This document shows positions 9,161 to 16,870 of a stretch of 49,778 nt of DNA, one piece after another (positions within the stretch are counted from its first letter, which is position 1; the number at the start of each line of letters is the position of its first letter). The stretch is from a virus. Lineage: Duplodnaviria; Caudoviricetes. The translations under genes and the position numbers were made by a program. Below the pieces are notes generated by a model, which ran no database searches, was not told the DNA's origin, and worked only from the letters and a program-made list of their open reading frames with translations. Location of the stretch: IMG/VR virus record IMGVR_UViG_3300024258_000029, positions 1 through 49,778 of that record; one strand, 5' to 3'.

Positions 9161-9664
9161 TTATCCAATCTTTTTTTGTTCAGCCTTTGGTATCCTTGGG
9201 GTCATCCTTTTCCTGAATGCTGCCTTAATAAATGCTGCCCTGTTAATTTTAGATATTCTCAACTGTGAACCTTCTGAATCAAGCATTTCTGAATCAACAT
9301 TTGCCAAAACCTTCATAGATTGTGACATTGCACATTGCGATTTTTTTAAATAATAATCAGCACCCTTAACAATTTGTTCATTAGGATGCAAAACTTGATA
9401 CCCAATACCTATGACAGAAAAAAGGCATAGATTATAATCATCAAGGAGAACATCTTTCGCCTTGCCAAGACCTGACATATAATCAAGTTGCTCTTTTTTA
9501 GATTCTTCTATTGTTTTTGCAGGCTGAATATCCATAAGATGTTTTAATTCTTCGTGTGTCATTATTAAACCGTAAGAGTCAGATTCAAACCGTTCAACAA
9601 CTTTTGTTACTACCTGACCCCACATTGGTCTTGCTTCTTCCATTGGTATATATTCTGGTTCCAT
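9161..9664 (-). CDS. Hypothetical protein (167 aa) downstream of the GGY-NN array
   Basis: GGGAG RBS before MEPEYIP at 9664; the longer track ORF (start 9760) only reads through the repeat. Confidence 0.75.
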   Translation of the reverse strand: MEPEYIPMEEARPMWGQVVTKVVERFESDSYGLIMTHEELKHLMDIQPAKTIEESKKEQLDYMSGLGKAKDVLLDDYNLCLFSVIGIGYQVLHPNEQIVKGADYYLKKSQCAMSQSMKVLANVDSEMLDSEGSQLRISKINRAAFIKAAFRKRMTPRIPKAEQKKIG

Positions 9665-9695
9665 TTTTTTTCTCCCGATTAAATTATTGTTAAAA

Positions 9696-9768
9696 ACCCT
9701 ACCGCACCATACATCACCAGACCATACCATGCCCGACCTCACCCCACCAGGCCATGCCATGCCACGCT
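9696..9768 (-). repeat. Pentamer array (NN-GGY)x14, candidate ncRNA
   Basis: Minus strand reads AGC GT GGC AT GGC AT GGC CT GGT GG GGT GA GGT CG GGC AT GGT AT GGT CT GGT GA TGT AT GGT GC GGT AG GGT; strict 5-nt period. Confidence 0.9.
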
Positions 9769-9791
9769 TTGATCTGCATACATAGCTACTT

Positions 9792-9819
9792 ATTATACAT
9801 ATCTATATACCCATGTCAA
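9792..9819 (-). promoter_or_regulatory. Sigma70 promoter with consensus hexamers
   Basis: TTGACA-16 nt-TATAAT on the minus strand, about 25 nt upstream of the pentamer array. Confidence 0.8.
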
Positions 9820-9822
9820 GCA

Positions 9823-10008
9823 TTATTTTTTCTCAATCTTAACTAAATGCCTCAAAACGTCCTCACGCTTAATCAGAATGCCGTGATTGGCTCGATAGGC
9901 ATCAATCAATCCTTTTTCGATCCAGAGCCTGATTGTCCGTGGAGTCACCCGGAAAAATGATGATACTTCGTTTATTCTTAGATTTGGTTTGTTCGGTAGA
10001 TCTTTCAT
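9823..10008 (-). CDS. MerR/excisionase-like HTH protein
   Basis: LRINEVSSFFRVTPRTIRLWIEKG HTH_17-type motif. Confidence 0.8.
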   Translation of the reverse strand: MKDLPNKPNLRINEVSSFFRVTPRTIRLWIEKGLIDAYRANHGILIKREDVLRHLVKIEKK

Positions 10009-10253
10009 GATGCACCTTCCTTATACCCATCATCAGAACATCTATAACTAATCACTTCTCCGCTTGAATCATATTCTGTCTTTGACCAAAATCCGTCTGA
10101 TGCTTCTTTTAAGATTTGGTTTCTATTTGAATCGTATTTGAATTTTGCCCACCATCCATTATAAAACTCTGAATAAATCTTGTTCCCATGTTTATCGAAC
10201 AGATTAAAATTACCGTCTGAAAAATCATGATTGAAAAACTTTGTTACTTTCAT
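10005..10253 (-). CDS. Hypothetical beta-hairpin repeat protein
   Basis: Repeated G.W.K..YD..G/RN.I units; ATGA-coupled to terL. Confidence 0.6.
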   Translation of the reverse strand: MKVTKFFNHDFSDGNFNLFDKHGNKIYSEFYNGWWAKFKYDSNRNQILKEASDGFWSKTEYDSSGEVISYRCSDDGYKEGAS

Positions 10254-11953
10254 AGTACCACCACACCCCTCGATTCGTAGATGCTCACCTGATTGGTATC
10301 ATACATTGCCCTTGACATAGCAGTGATAAATGCAACACCACCATCAATCTTGTTTTCTTCGCCTTCTTTAAACGGGAATACGTTATCTTTTTTATCAATC
10401 CGGCAACAAATATTGGCAATCATCCAGTACGTCACAGGATTCCCATCATGGTGGAGCTTGCCTGACTTAACGAGTGCCTCTATCTCCTTCATCGGCTCTG
10501 ACAGCATTTGGACTGTCTGGGCTATCTCCACGCATTCAATATCCTCATTCAGCAAATTTGTGATTAATTGCTGGGCATTCCAAGGATCATTACAAACCTC
10601 TCCACCACCATTCTCAGACCCTGATAAGTCGAAATCCTTGGCATCCTGCTTAATTGTATCCTGAATATGCTCTATATCAATCCTTGAGCCTGACGTTGAC
10701 TCCATATACCCATCCGAAACCCACCCTGAATAGTGTGCCATATCCTCACCAAATGTTCGTTCTTCTGGTATCCAGTATTTTGAAAAAAGATAATAGTCAT
10801 CACCAGTTTTGAACAAATACATTTTGGCGGCAACATCAATCTTTGAAGCCAGATCCAATCCGATATAGCAAGGGTGATTAAGGAAATCAGACAAAGATAT
10901 CTCAGGATCATAACACTTTTCCCATTCAACCATGTTCATCCATGCACTCCCGGCATTACTCCAGACATCGAGGTGCTTGCATTTTATAATATTTTGTTTT
11001 GTTTTATCCTGAAGGGCAATTTTGTGCTGACTGCGGAGAAATCTTTCTGATACTGAAACACCGCAATTGGGATTGGCTTTTTTCCAAACTTTGAAATCTG
11101 TGTAATCGTCATCCTTGTCTATCGTATAAATTACTGAGAATATTTCATCGTTTGATATCGTTCCATTTAAAATTTTCTCACATCGTTTCTGTAGAGAATA
11201 ACATGGATATGCAGTATTTGTCCCGGCAGTAGTTACAACCCACATCATAGGCTGACTTCTTGCACCCATGCCTGTTTTCCCTGTATCGTATGAATCTGAA
11301 TTTTTGGCTTCATGGAATTCGTCTTGTATCCAACAATGTGGGCTGGCTCCATCACCTGGCTTCCCGATAACCGTTTCAAATCGTGAACCAGAACTTAAAG
11401 AATAGATATTACCCGGATTTTTGTTTGTTCCCATTAATTCTATATCAAACCGATTCCTGTAATCAGACTCATGCTTTGCCATGAGCCAAGCTGGACGGAA
11501 TACCTCAAATGCCTGTGCTTCTGATCCTGCTGCACTATAAACCTCTGCTCCCTGCTCACCATCAATAGAAAACATATAAAGACCGACTGCTGCTCCCAAG
11601 ACACTTTTCCCATTTTTACGGGGTATTAACAAAAAAACTTCAGTATATCTTCTCGTGCCATCATCTTTCCTTATCCACCCGAACGGAATACCAAAACAAA
11701 AACACTGCCACGGCTCCAGCTTCAGTTTAGTCCCAGCCCATTTACCCTTTACATGGGATAGCAACTCAGCGAATGATAAAAACCTTTCGGATTTTTCTTT
11801 ATCAAATTTATATGGGTATGAATCTTTCTTAGACCTTTCCAGATCATCCAGATGCTTTTGGCAAGCCTGCTGGACTTGGAGACAGACACTTATCTTGCCT
11901 GAAACACAATCTTTAGCGTATTTGTTCGCTTTATTCGATAGAGGAGTCTTCAT
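10250..11953 (-). CDS. terL: Terminase large subunit (HK97-like Terminase_1)
   Basis: LEPWQ, Walker A IPRKNGKS, Walker B WIQDEFHE, TTAG, KKANP, GLDLA and KIDG motifs. Confidence 0.97.
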   Translation of the reverse strand: MKTPLSNKANKYAKDCVSGKISVCLQVQQACQKHLDDLERSKKDSYPYKFDKEKSERFLSFAELLSHVKGKWAGTKLKLEPWQCFCFGIPFGWIRKDDGTRRYTEVFLLIPRKNGKSVLGAAVGLYMFSIDGEQGAEVYSAAGSEAQAFEVFRPAWLMAKHESDYRNRFDIELMGTNKNPGNIYSLSSGSRFETVIGKPGDGASPHCWIQDEFHEAKNSDSYDTGKTGMGARSQPMMWVVTTAGTNTAYPCYSLQKRCEKILNGTISNDEIFSVIYTIDKDDDYTDFKVWKKANPNCGVSVSERFLRSQHKIALQDKTKQNIIKCKHLDVWSNAGSAWMNMVEWEKCYDPEISLSDFLNHPCYIGLDLASKIDVAAKMYLFKTGDDYYLFSKYWIPEERTFGEDMAHYSGWVSDGYMESTSGSRIDIEHIQDTIKQDAKDFDLSGSENGGGEVCNDPWNAQQLITNLLNEDIECVEIAQTVQMLSEPMKEIEALVKSGKLHHDGNPVTYWMIANICCRIDKKDNVFPFKEGEENKIDGGVAFITAMSRAMYDTNQVSIYESRGVVVL

Positions 11954-12119
11954 TCAGCCTTGTATTCCATGCCTTAATTAGTTCTTCTATTCCAATCTCC
12001 CAATCCTCAACACCACCAGGGCAATCCTTGCAATAAATAGCAACTGAGTCTTGATGTAGTTTTAACCTTTCGCTACCACAAAACGGACATGGCTTTAATT
12101 TTCCCAGATATGTTTTCAT
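11931..12119 (-). CDS. Lar-like zinc-finger protein (restriction alleviation family)
   Basis: LKPCPFCG...C..C...AWNTR signature. Confidence 0.75.
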   Translation of the reverse strand: MKTYLGKLKPCPFCGSERLKLHQDSVAIYCKDCPGGVEDWEIGIEELIKAWNTRLNEDSSIE

Positions 12120-12133
12120 ACAATCCCCTAAGT

Positions 12134-12385
12134 TTAATTTTCATCAACCTTTTCGCAAACAGTTGGATAATTGCCTGCCCTATTAATAGTCCATGGAATT
12201 GTTTTGTCTAAACCAAACCTTTCTATTAAATCATCCCACCACTTTCTTTCTTTTTTTATCAATTCGTTTACACGGTTAGAATGATAATACATTGCAGTCT
12301 TGAACGTATTCTCTACGGATTGTTTATCTAAATGAATTTCGTCAATTTCCTTTAAATCTTTTGCCGTCAATCTTTTTTCGTCCAT
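12134..12385 (-). CDS. Hypothetical protein
   Basis: GGGAG RBS; fills the gap between terS and the Lar-like gene. Confidence 0.6.
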   Translation of the reverse strand: MDEKRLTAKDLKEIDEIHLDKQSVENTFKTAMYYHSNRVNELIKKERKWWDDLIERFGLDKTIPWTINRAGNYPTVCEKVDEN

Positions 12386-12399
12386 TTTTAATCTCCCAT

Positions 12400-12825
12400 T
12401 TAATATTTATCAAAAAGATTAGTTTTGCCCGACTTCTTCTTCACAGAAATCTTTGACCTTGATGCAGGACTCATTCCAAACTCAGTCAGGAACTTTCTCG
12501 CACTGTCGTACTCTCTGGCAAGAACTCGCAGCAGCTTATAGATTTCATCCTGATCAATTTCCTCTCTAACTTTTTGTTCATACTGAAGGATTCTGCCCCA
12601 GCTTTGACAATAAAGTGCAAGGGATGCCCGATCCATTTCAGACAGCAGTCCCATTTTGTATAACTCTACCGATATTCGATTCCACTCTTTCTTGGCTTCA
12701 TCTGACATAAACTTCGGTGGAGTAGGGATCTTTGGATCTGGGTGAGGCTCGTTCTTTGGCTGTCGGCATTTTTGTAAAGTTCCCTTTAGCTGCTTTATAT
12801 TTGTTGGTAATTTAGGATTGCCCAT
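12400..12825 (-). CDS. terS: Terminase small subunit (P27 family)
   Basis: PPKFMSDEAKKEW...LSEMD...LALYC...EFGMSPASRSKI; AAGGAG RBS before MGNPK at 12825. Confidence 0.92.
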   Translation of the reverse strand: MGNPKLPTNIKQLKGTLQKCRQPKNEPHPDPKIPTPPKFMSDEAKKEWNRISVELYKMGLLSEMDRASLALYCQSWGRILQYEQKVREEIDQDEIYKLLRVLAREYDSARKFLTEFGMSPASRSKISVKKKSGKTNLFDKY

Positions 12826-12835
12826 GATTCGCTCC

Positions 12836-13072
12836 TTATAAGGTTCTCCAGTCACAATATCCGCAATCGTCACATGGATCGCTGATATAAATTTTGCACC
12901 TTGGACTATTGCATGGCCTTGTTAATAAATTGCTAACTTCTAAATATAAATCATCCACTCTCTTCTGGTTAATCTGCGGAGAATAAATATGATGAGTACC
13001 GCAACACCCAGCCTGTCCATTTTTTATATGCCCAAGCAAATCTTTTACTTTTCTAAGCGTTAAATATCCCAT
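12836..13072 (-). CDS. Hypothetical Cys-rich protein
   Basis: AAGGAG RBS; C-terminal Cys pairs. Confidence 0.55.
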   Translation of the reverse strand: MGYLTLRKVKDLLGHIKNGQAGCCGTHHIYSPQINQKRVDDLYLEVSNLLTRPCNSPRCKIYISDPCDDCGYCDWRTL

Positions 13073-13137
13073 TTTGTAAACTCCTTAATTTGTTATGGAA
13101 AGTCTTTTTTTTCAGTAGTAATATGCCACCTGTTTTA

Positions 13138-13383
13138 TCACTGGAATAGTCTTGTTCTGACATCTGTATACTCACAATCTTCTGCAATCAGTTCAATAGA
13201 ATCTAATTCACGATCAGAAGAAAAGCCAAGGTCAGCACCGTCAAGATAGTCCCTGACTTTTTTATAAGCCCCATCCATCGTCTTTGCTACCACATAAGAC
13301 TGATGATACTTAATTCCGCAACCGGTTCCATACATACCTTTCAGATTAACCCTAAATAACTTGTCATTTTTTACAATTCCCAT
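13138..13383 (-). CDS. Hypothetical protein
   Basis: Overlaps the end of the HNH gene, co-oriented. Confidence 0.6.
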   Translation of the reverse strand: MGIVKNDKLFRVNLKGMYGTGCGIKYHQSYVVAKTMDGAYKKVRDYLDGADLGFSSDRELDSIELIAEDCEYTDVRTRLFQ

Positions 13384-13742
13384 CTTTTTCTCCCCTCAAT
13401 AATCTCATGACAATCCCGGCACAAACCCATCATGTTCTGCGGATCTAACCTTAACTCAGGATAATCATCAACAGGCTTTTTGTGATGCACCAGAGTTGCA
13501 ACCTTTATCCTTGAAGACTCAGCACACCTCGCACAAAGCGGATTCCTACGCAAAAACATTTTCCTTGCCCTCACCCATACAGAATCATACCCACGCTGAT
13601 ATGAATTGGGACGAAACTTATCTGACTCTCGCCATTTAGCCTTCTTCCTTGCTTCCATTATCGGCTTGCAGACAGAGCAATACGTTTCCCTCGTAAGGGT
13701 AGACTTGCACTTCAGGCACGGACGATTAGGCGTTATTGGCAT
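13371..13742 (-). CDS. Terminase-associated HNH endonuclease (HK97 gp74-like)
   Basis: RGYD..W...R..FL..NPLC..C...ATLVHHK...N...LC..CH; upstream of terS. Confidence 0.9.
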   Translation of the reverse strand: MPITPNRPCLKCKSTLTRETYCSVCKPIMEARKKAKWRESDKFRPNSYQRGYDSVWVRARKMFLRRNPLCARCAESSRIKVATLVHHKKPVDDYPELRLDPQNMMGLCRDCHEIIEGRKRWEL

Positions 13743-13744
13743 GA

Positions 13745-13876
13745 CTATGCCGTCTTCTTCTTCTTGCCCCGAATCCTGTCTTTATTCCATGTATAGCTCT
13801 TACAGGCAGGGCAGACCTTCGGTTTGGCTACAAGCGATATCCATTTGTACCCACATTTCTTACATAAACAACCCAT
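13745..13876 (-). CDS. Small zinc-ribbon protein (43 aa, absent from the ORF track)
   Basis: MGCLCKKCGYKWISLVAKPKVCPACKSYTWNKDRIRGKKKKTA; GGAG RBS. Confidence 0.75.
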   Translation of the reverse strand: MGCLCKKCGYKWISLVAKPKVCPACKSYTWNKDRIRGKKKKTA

Positions 13877-13890
13877 CTTTTACTCCTTTT

Positions 13891-14229
13891 TTACTTCCGG
13901 TGCATTATTTTCACATTAACAATTTTCATTAAATCCAATACTGATTTTTGCATAACCGGATCATACAATTTTTCTAAATCAGGGCCGGTCACAGTTTCAA
14001 TTTCGCCTGCTTTTAAAATAATTTCAGAAGTTCTCCGCCCTGGTATTAAATTTCTACCACCCCACATATCATGTTCAAAAGTAGAATAGTCATGCATTGT
14101 CATCGAATCAAAGAATGGATTATTTATAACATATCCGGTCTGACCATCTTCCCCATCGGTTATCAAGACAATCTTATCGCCTGCCCCAATAACCTTGAAG
14201 CGGTTATAAGAGTATAACATCTTCAACAT
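13891..14229 (-). CDS. Hypothetical protein
   Basis: Co-oriented ORF overlapping the upstream gene. Confidence 0.55.
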   Translation of the reverse strand: MLKMLYSYNRFKVIGAGDKIVLITDGEDGQTGYVINNPFFDSMTMHDYSTFEHDMWGGRNLIPGRRTSEIILKAGEIETVTGPDLEKLYDPVMQKSVLDLMKIVNVKIMHRK

Positions 14230-14389
14230 CCATTTCCATGAGTTCTTCCAAACTTTTTTCTGCCTTTCTCAAACAGACCCTTATAGCACTTATCTCCCTT
14301 ATCCTTTCGGCTAAAAGGTTTTCTATGGCAGCTTTATTTTCGGATTCAACTTGCTCATAAACTTTGTCTTTCAAATCTCTTACTTTCAT
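14204..14389 (-). CDS. Hypothetical coiled-coil protein
   Basis: GAAGGA RBS; helical composition. Confidence 0.6.
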   Translation of the reverse strand: MKVRDLKDKVYEQVESENKAAIENLLAERIREISAIRVCLRKAEKSLEELMEMDVEDVILL

Positions 14390-14632
14390 TTTCCTTCTCC
14401 CTTTTAATTGTTTATATTTTACAACCTTCCCATTCTTTTCCGAATAGTGATACCTTTCATCCCAGATCTACTATCAGGCGTTCTAATCACCACGATGCCA
14501 CCTGAACCGCTAATGGAGCCTCTGCAAGCACCCTTTCCGACAAAAATAAACCGTCCTTTAACCGTTTTTTCCTCACTTTACTTTTTGGCATTTCGCTCTC
14601 CCTTTAATCATTAATAAAACCGATACATATAC

Positions 14633-14659
14633 ATATCAACATACATTGATATCTGTCAA
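14633..14659 (-). promoter_or_regulatory. TTGACA -35 abutting a palindromic box ATATCAA-N6-TTGATAT
   Basis: 14633-14652 is ATATCAACATACATTGATAT; TGTCAA lies at 14654-14659. Confidence 0.6.
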
Positions 14660-14739
14660 GCCATTTCATGAAAAAGTTTAAACTGCATCAGGGAAAATTT
14701 GTGCTGCGGAATCGGTATTTTCGTGAGAACTGGTATGAT

Positions 14740-14770
14740 CAGCCCCGCCCCGCCCCTCCGGACACGCCAG
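14740..14770. other. Candidate cos / packaging site
   Basis: Isolated GC-rich tract (minus GGAGGGGCGGGGCGGGG) in AT-rich non-coding DNA upstream of the HNH-terS-terL block, at a strand switch. Confidence 0.4.
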
Positions 14771-14901
14771 GCTACATTTTTTGGAGCTACCACAATGTGA
14801 CACCTACAAATTTTGGAGTACAATTTTTTGGAGCAAAAACATCATATTTTGTTGGCATCAAATTTTGTTGCCCGGATTTTTGCTGGTACATTTATTTCCT
14901 A

Positions 14902-15020
14902 ATATCCAGGTATATTGTTTTCCATAATATCAACGGATATTGATATGCTTAATATCAATCTTTATTGAATTCCATAATATCCAGGTATATTGATATTCTA
15001 ATATCAAGATGTATTGATAT
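14902..15020. repeat. Five tandem palindromic boxes ATATC(A/C)A-N6-TTGATAT, period 25/25/25/24
   Basis: Copies start at 14902, 14927, 14952, 14977 and 15001; two have degenerate right arms. Confidence 0.9.
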
Positions 15021-15053
15021 GACATTTTGCGGAGTTTTTGCCGAAAATTGTAA
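15019..15053 (+). promoter_or_regulatory. 35-bp enhancer-like element, copy 1
   Basis: ATGACATTTTGCGGAGTTTTTGCCGAAAATTGTAA; 31/35 identical to 16871-16905. Confidence 0.65.
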
Positions 15054-15160
15054 TGGTTTATATTTTTCTGGGTTTTTTGTTTTTTTTGACTGGCTTTATA
15101 TTTTGATCAAGATACCTGTATTTATTGCATATAAAATAAATATGTATAATATGTATATAA

Positions 15161-15176
15161 TGGTATGAATATTGCT
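15161..15176 (+). promoter_or_regulatory. Sigma54-type -24/-12 promoter
   Basis: TGGTATG-AATA-TTGCT matches TGGYAYG-N4-TTGCW with exact GG-N10-GC spacing. Confidence 0.7.
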
Positions 15177-15224
15177 ATACATTATAATATGAAAACAAAA
15201 ACCCATAAAAAAAGGAAAACAAAC

Positions 15225-15515
15225 ATGAAAGATTTAACTGGAATAAACTATCCTAACAAAGATGACTATCAAAACAGTTTTTGGAATAATGACTATCGTA
15301 TACTGGTAACGGCCCAAGGCTTTGAGTTCGTAGTCAATGCTGATTGCACCCAAGACGCAATAGATTATGTCATTGGCTATTGTGAAGAGCATTTTCCACA
15401 TTTTCTCATGTCAAGAATAGAACAAGAGAACATAGAACATTATAATGATTATATCTCAGGCGGGAACCACCATAGATACTTCAATACTTATAACATTCAT
15501 ATTAAAAGGCTTTAG
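15225..15515 (+). CDS. Hypothetical early protein
   Basis: AAAGGAA RBS before MKDLTG at 15225. Confidence 0.7.
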   Translation: MKDLTGINYPNKDDYQNSFWNNDYRILVTAQGFEFVVNADCTQDAIDYVIGYCEEHFPHFLMSRIEQENIEHYNDYISGGNHHRYFNTYNIHIKRL

Positions 15516-15517
15516 AA

Positions 15518-15637
15518 ATGATAAAATTTTTTAAAAGAGTAGAATTATTGATCGATAGTTTGATTATGGCAATGGCAATTATAGGGTGCAGTTATATCGG
15601 CATTCTTGTTATTTACCTTATTATAGGGGGTTTTTAA
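15518..15637 (+). CDS. Small membrane peptide (39 aa)
   Basis: MIKFFKRVELLIDSLIMAMAIIGCSYIGILVIYLIIGGF, one hydrophobic helix, tightly packed between neighbours. Confidence 0.5.
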   Translation: MIKFFKRVELLIDSLIMAMAIIGCSYIGILVIYLIIGGF

Positions 15638-15639
15638 TT

Positions 15640-15780
15640 ATGATTAAATTTTTTATTTGCAATGAATTAAATCGGACGTTTTATGTGAAGTATTTTATTG
15701 ACTATGAGGAAGCCCGTCACTGGGTTATTAACCATCTTGATTTATCTTTGAACTGGAACTGCAAGGCAATAGCAGCATAA
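15640..15780 (+). CDS. Hypothetical early protein (46 aa)
   Basis: AGGGGG RBS before MIKFFICNEL at 15640. Confidence 0.6.
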   Translation: MIKFFICNELNRTFYVKYFIDYEEARHWVINHLDLSLNWNCKAIAA

Positions 15781-15806
15781 CATCATAAAAAAAAGGAAAT
15801 AAAACC

Positions 15807-16106
15807 ATGAAACAGTCAATAACAAAATGGGATTTTCACGACGCTTTTAAAAATTATGACAGAGAAGACAATTTTACATATGAAGGCTTGAATGCTTTAT
15901 ATGATTATTTTGAAGATTATGAAGAAGAGACAGGCTGCAGTATTGAGCTAGATGTTATTGCAATTTGTTGTGAATATACTGAATATGAAGATCTTGAAGA
16001 GTTTCAAGGTCAATATGGCGAAGACTTTGAAACTATAGAAGATATTTATAACCATACTTCGGTCATAATGGTAAATGATGACAGTTTTATAATACAATAC
16101 TTCTGA
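15807..16106 (+). CDS. Highly acidic protein, candidate DNA mimic / anti-defence factor
   Basis: 99 aa strongly enriched in D/E/Y/F; AAAGGAA RBS. Confidence 0.65.
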   Translation: MKQSITKWDFHDAFKNYDREDNFTYEGLNALYDYFEDYEEETGCSIELDVIAICCEYTEYEDLEEFQGQYGEDFETIEDIYNHTSVIMVNDDSFIIQYF

Positions 16107-16195
16107 TTAATTAAACATTAAATGAAGGCTATAAATTAAGGTTTATAGCCTTTTCTGAGTGTTTAACTAATAACCATAAACAAGGGGCGTGAACA

Positions 16196-16387
16196 ATGAG
16201 AATACACAAAACAAAAGTTTATCAGTTTAATGAATTGAGTGAAGAATCAAAAGAAAAGGCATTAGAAGAAAATAGAGACTATTATACCGAATTCGATAGC
16301 TATGAATGGATGCAGGCAGATGAATATTTGTCTGAAGGCTTTGAAGCAAATGAAACTGAATTCACTGAAGAAGGAAAAATATTTTAA
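16196..16387 (+). CDS. Small acidic protein
   Basis: VYQFNELSEESKEKA...EANETEFTEEG; AAGGGG RBS. Confidence 0.7.
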   Translation: MRIHKTKVYQFNELSEESKEKALEENRDYYTEFDSYEWMQADEYLSEGFEANETEFTEEGKIF

Positions 16388-16418
16388 TTGAAGTTTTTGA
16401 AAGTAATAAAATTTTAAC

Positions 16419-16453
16419 AAAAAATCCGGTAATTAATTTTGCCGGATTTTTTT
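16419..16453 (+). terminator. Rho-independent terminator
   Basis: AAAAATCCGGTAA...TTGCCGGATTTTTTT. Confidence 0.85.
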
Positions 16454-16483
16454 ATTTTTTGAATCGGATCATAATTTGATCAA

Positions 16484-16534
16484 TCCTGTTGACCTGGATC
16501 CTGCTGGGATGTTTCCTGTTGACCTGGATCCTGC
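16484..16534. repeat. 21-bp direct repeat x2, 30-bp period
   Basis: TCCTGTTGACCTGGATCCTGC at 16484 and 16514. Confidence 0.9.
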
Positions 16535-16565
16535 CAGCCCAAAAACCTGGGAACCTGGGTTTGAA

Positions 16566-16629
16566 TACCACCCTGTGGTAGTACCACCCTGTGGCAATGC
16601 TACTTTGTGGTAGTATCACTCTGTGGTAG
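16566..16629. repeat. 16-bp tandem repeat x4 with palindromic units
   Basis: TACCACCCTGTGGTAG / TACCACCCTGTGGCAA / TGCTACTTTGTGGTAG / TATCACTCTGTGGTAG. Confidence 0.9.
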
Positions 16630-16717
16630 TCAGAATTTTTTTCAGTCGGATTGGTATGCAAACCTCTACGGTTGGTAAATTCTCCTACGGTCGAAAATTT
16701 TTCAGACAGACCTCTAC

Positions 16718-16865
16718 GGTTTTTAATTTTGAACCATATCAAGGTGGTTCACATTTTGCCGGGTGGTTTTTGATTTTCAAAATTGTTCCGATGGTTTTTA
16801 ATTTCTGGGCTACCTTTGGGTGGTTTTTAATTTTTCAGACAGGTCAGGGTGGTTCAGATTTTTAT
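16718..16865 (+). repeat. Cluster of GGTGGTT(T/C)NNATTT motifs
   Basis: Copies near 16718, 16743, 16762, 16790, 16819 and 16848; related copies at 18586-18725. Confidence 0.75.
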
Positions 16866-16870
16866 CAAAC

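Noticed and set aside
9665-9760. N-terminal extension MAWPGGVRSGMVW... of the 199-aa ORF
   Set aside because: It is a read-through of the period-5 repeat; the RBS sits before ATG 9664.
9823-10008. Excisionase marking an integration module
   Set aside because: No integrase or att-like context nearby; such HTH genes commonly sit near terminase and portal genes.
14902-15020. CRISPR array
   Set aside because: The 25-bp period leaves only 4-6 variable bases, there are no spacer-length unique segments, and no cas genes are present.
14668-15168. Plus-strand ORFs 14668-14943 and 14965-15168
   Set aside because: They translate repeat and promoter DNA and lack a convincing RBS.
16484-16629. Mini-CRISPR array
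   Set aside because: The 21-mers are separated by only 9 nt and the 16-mers are directly tandem.
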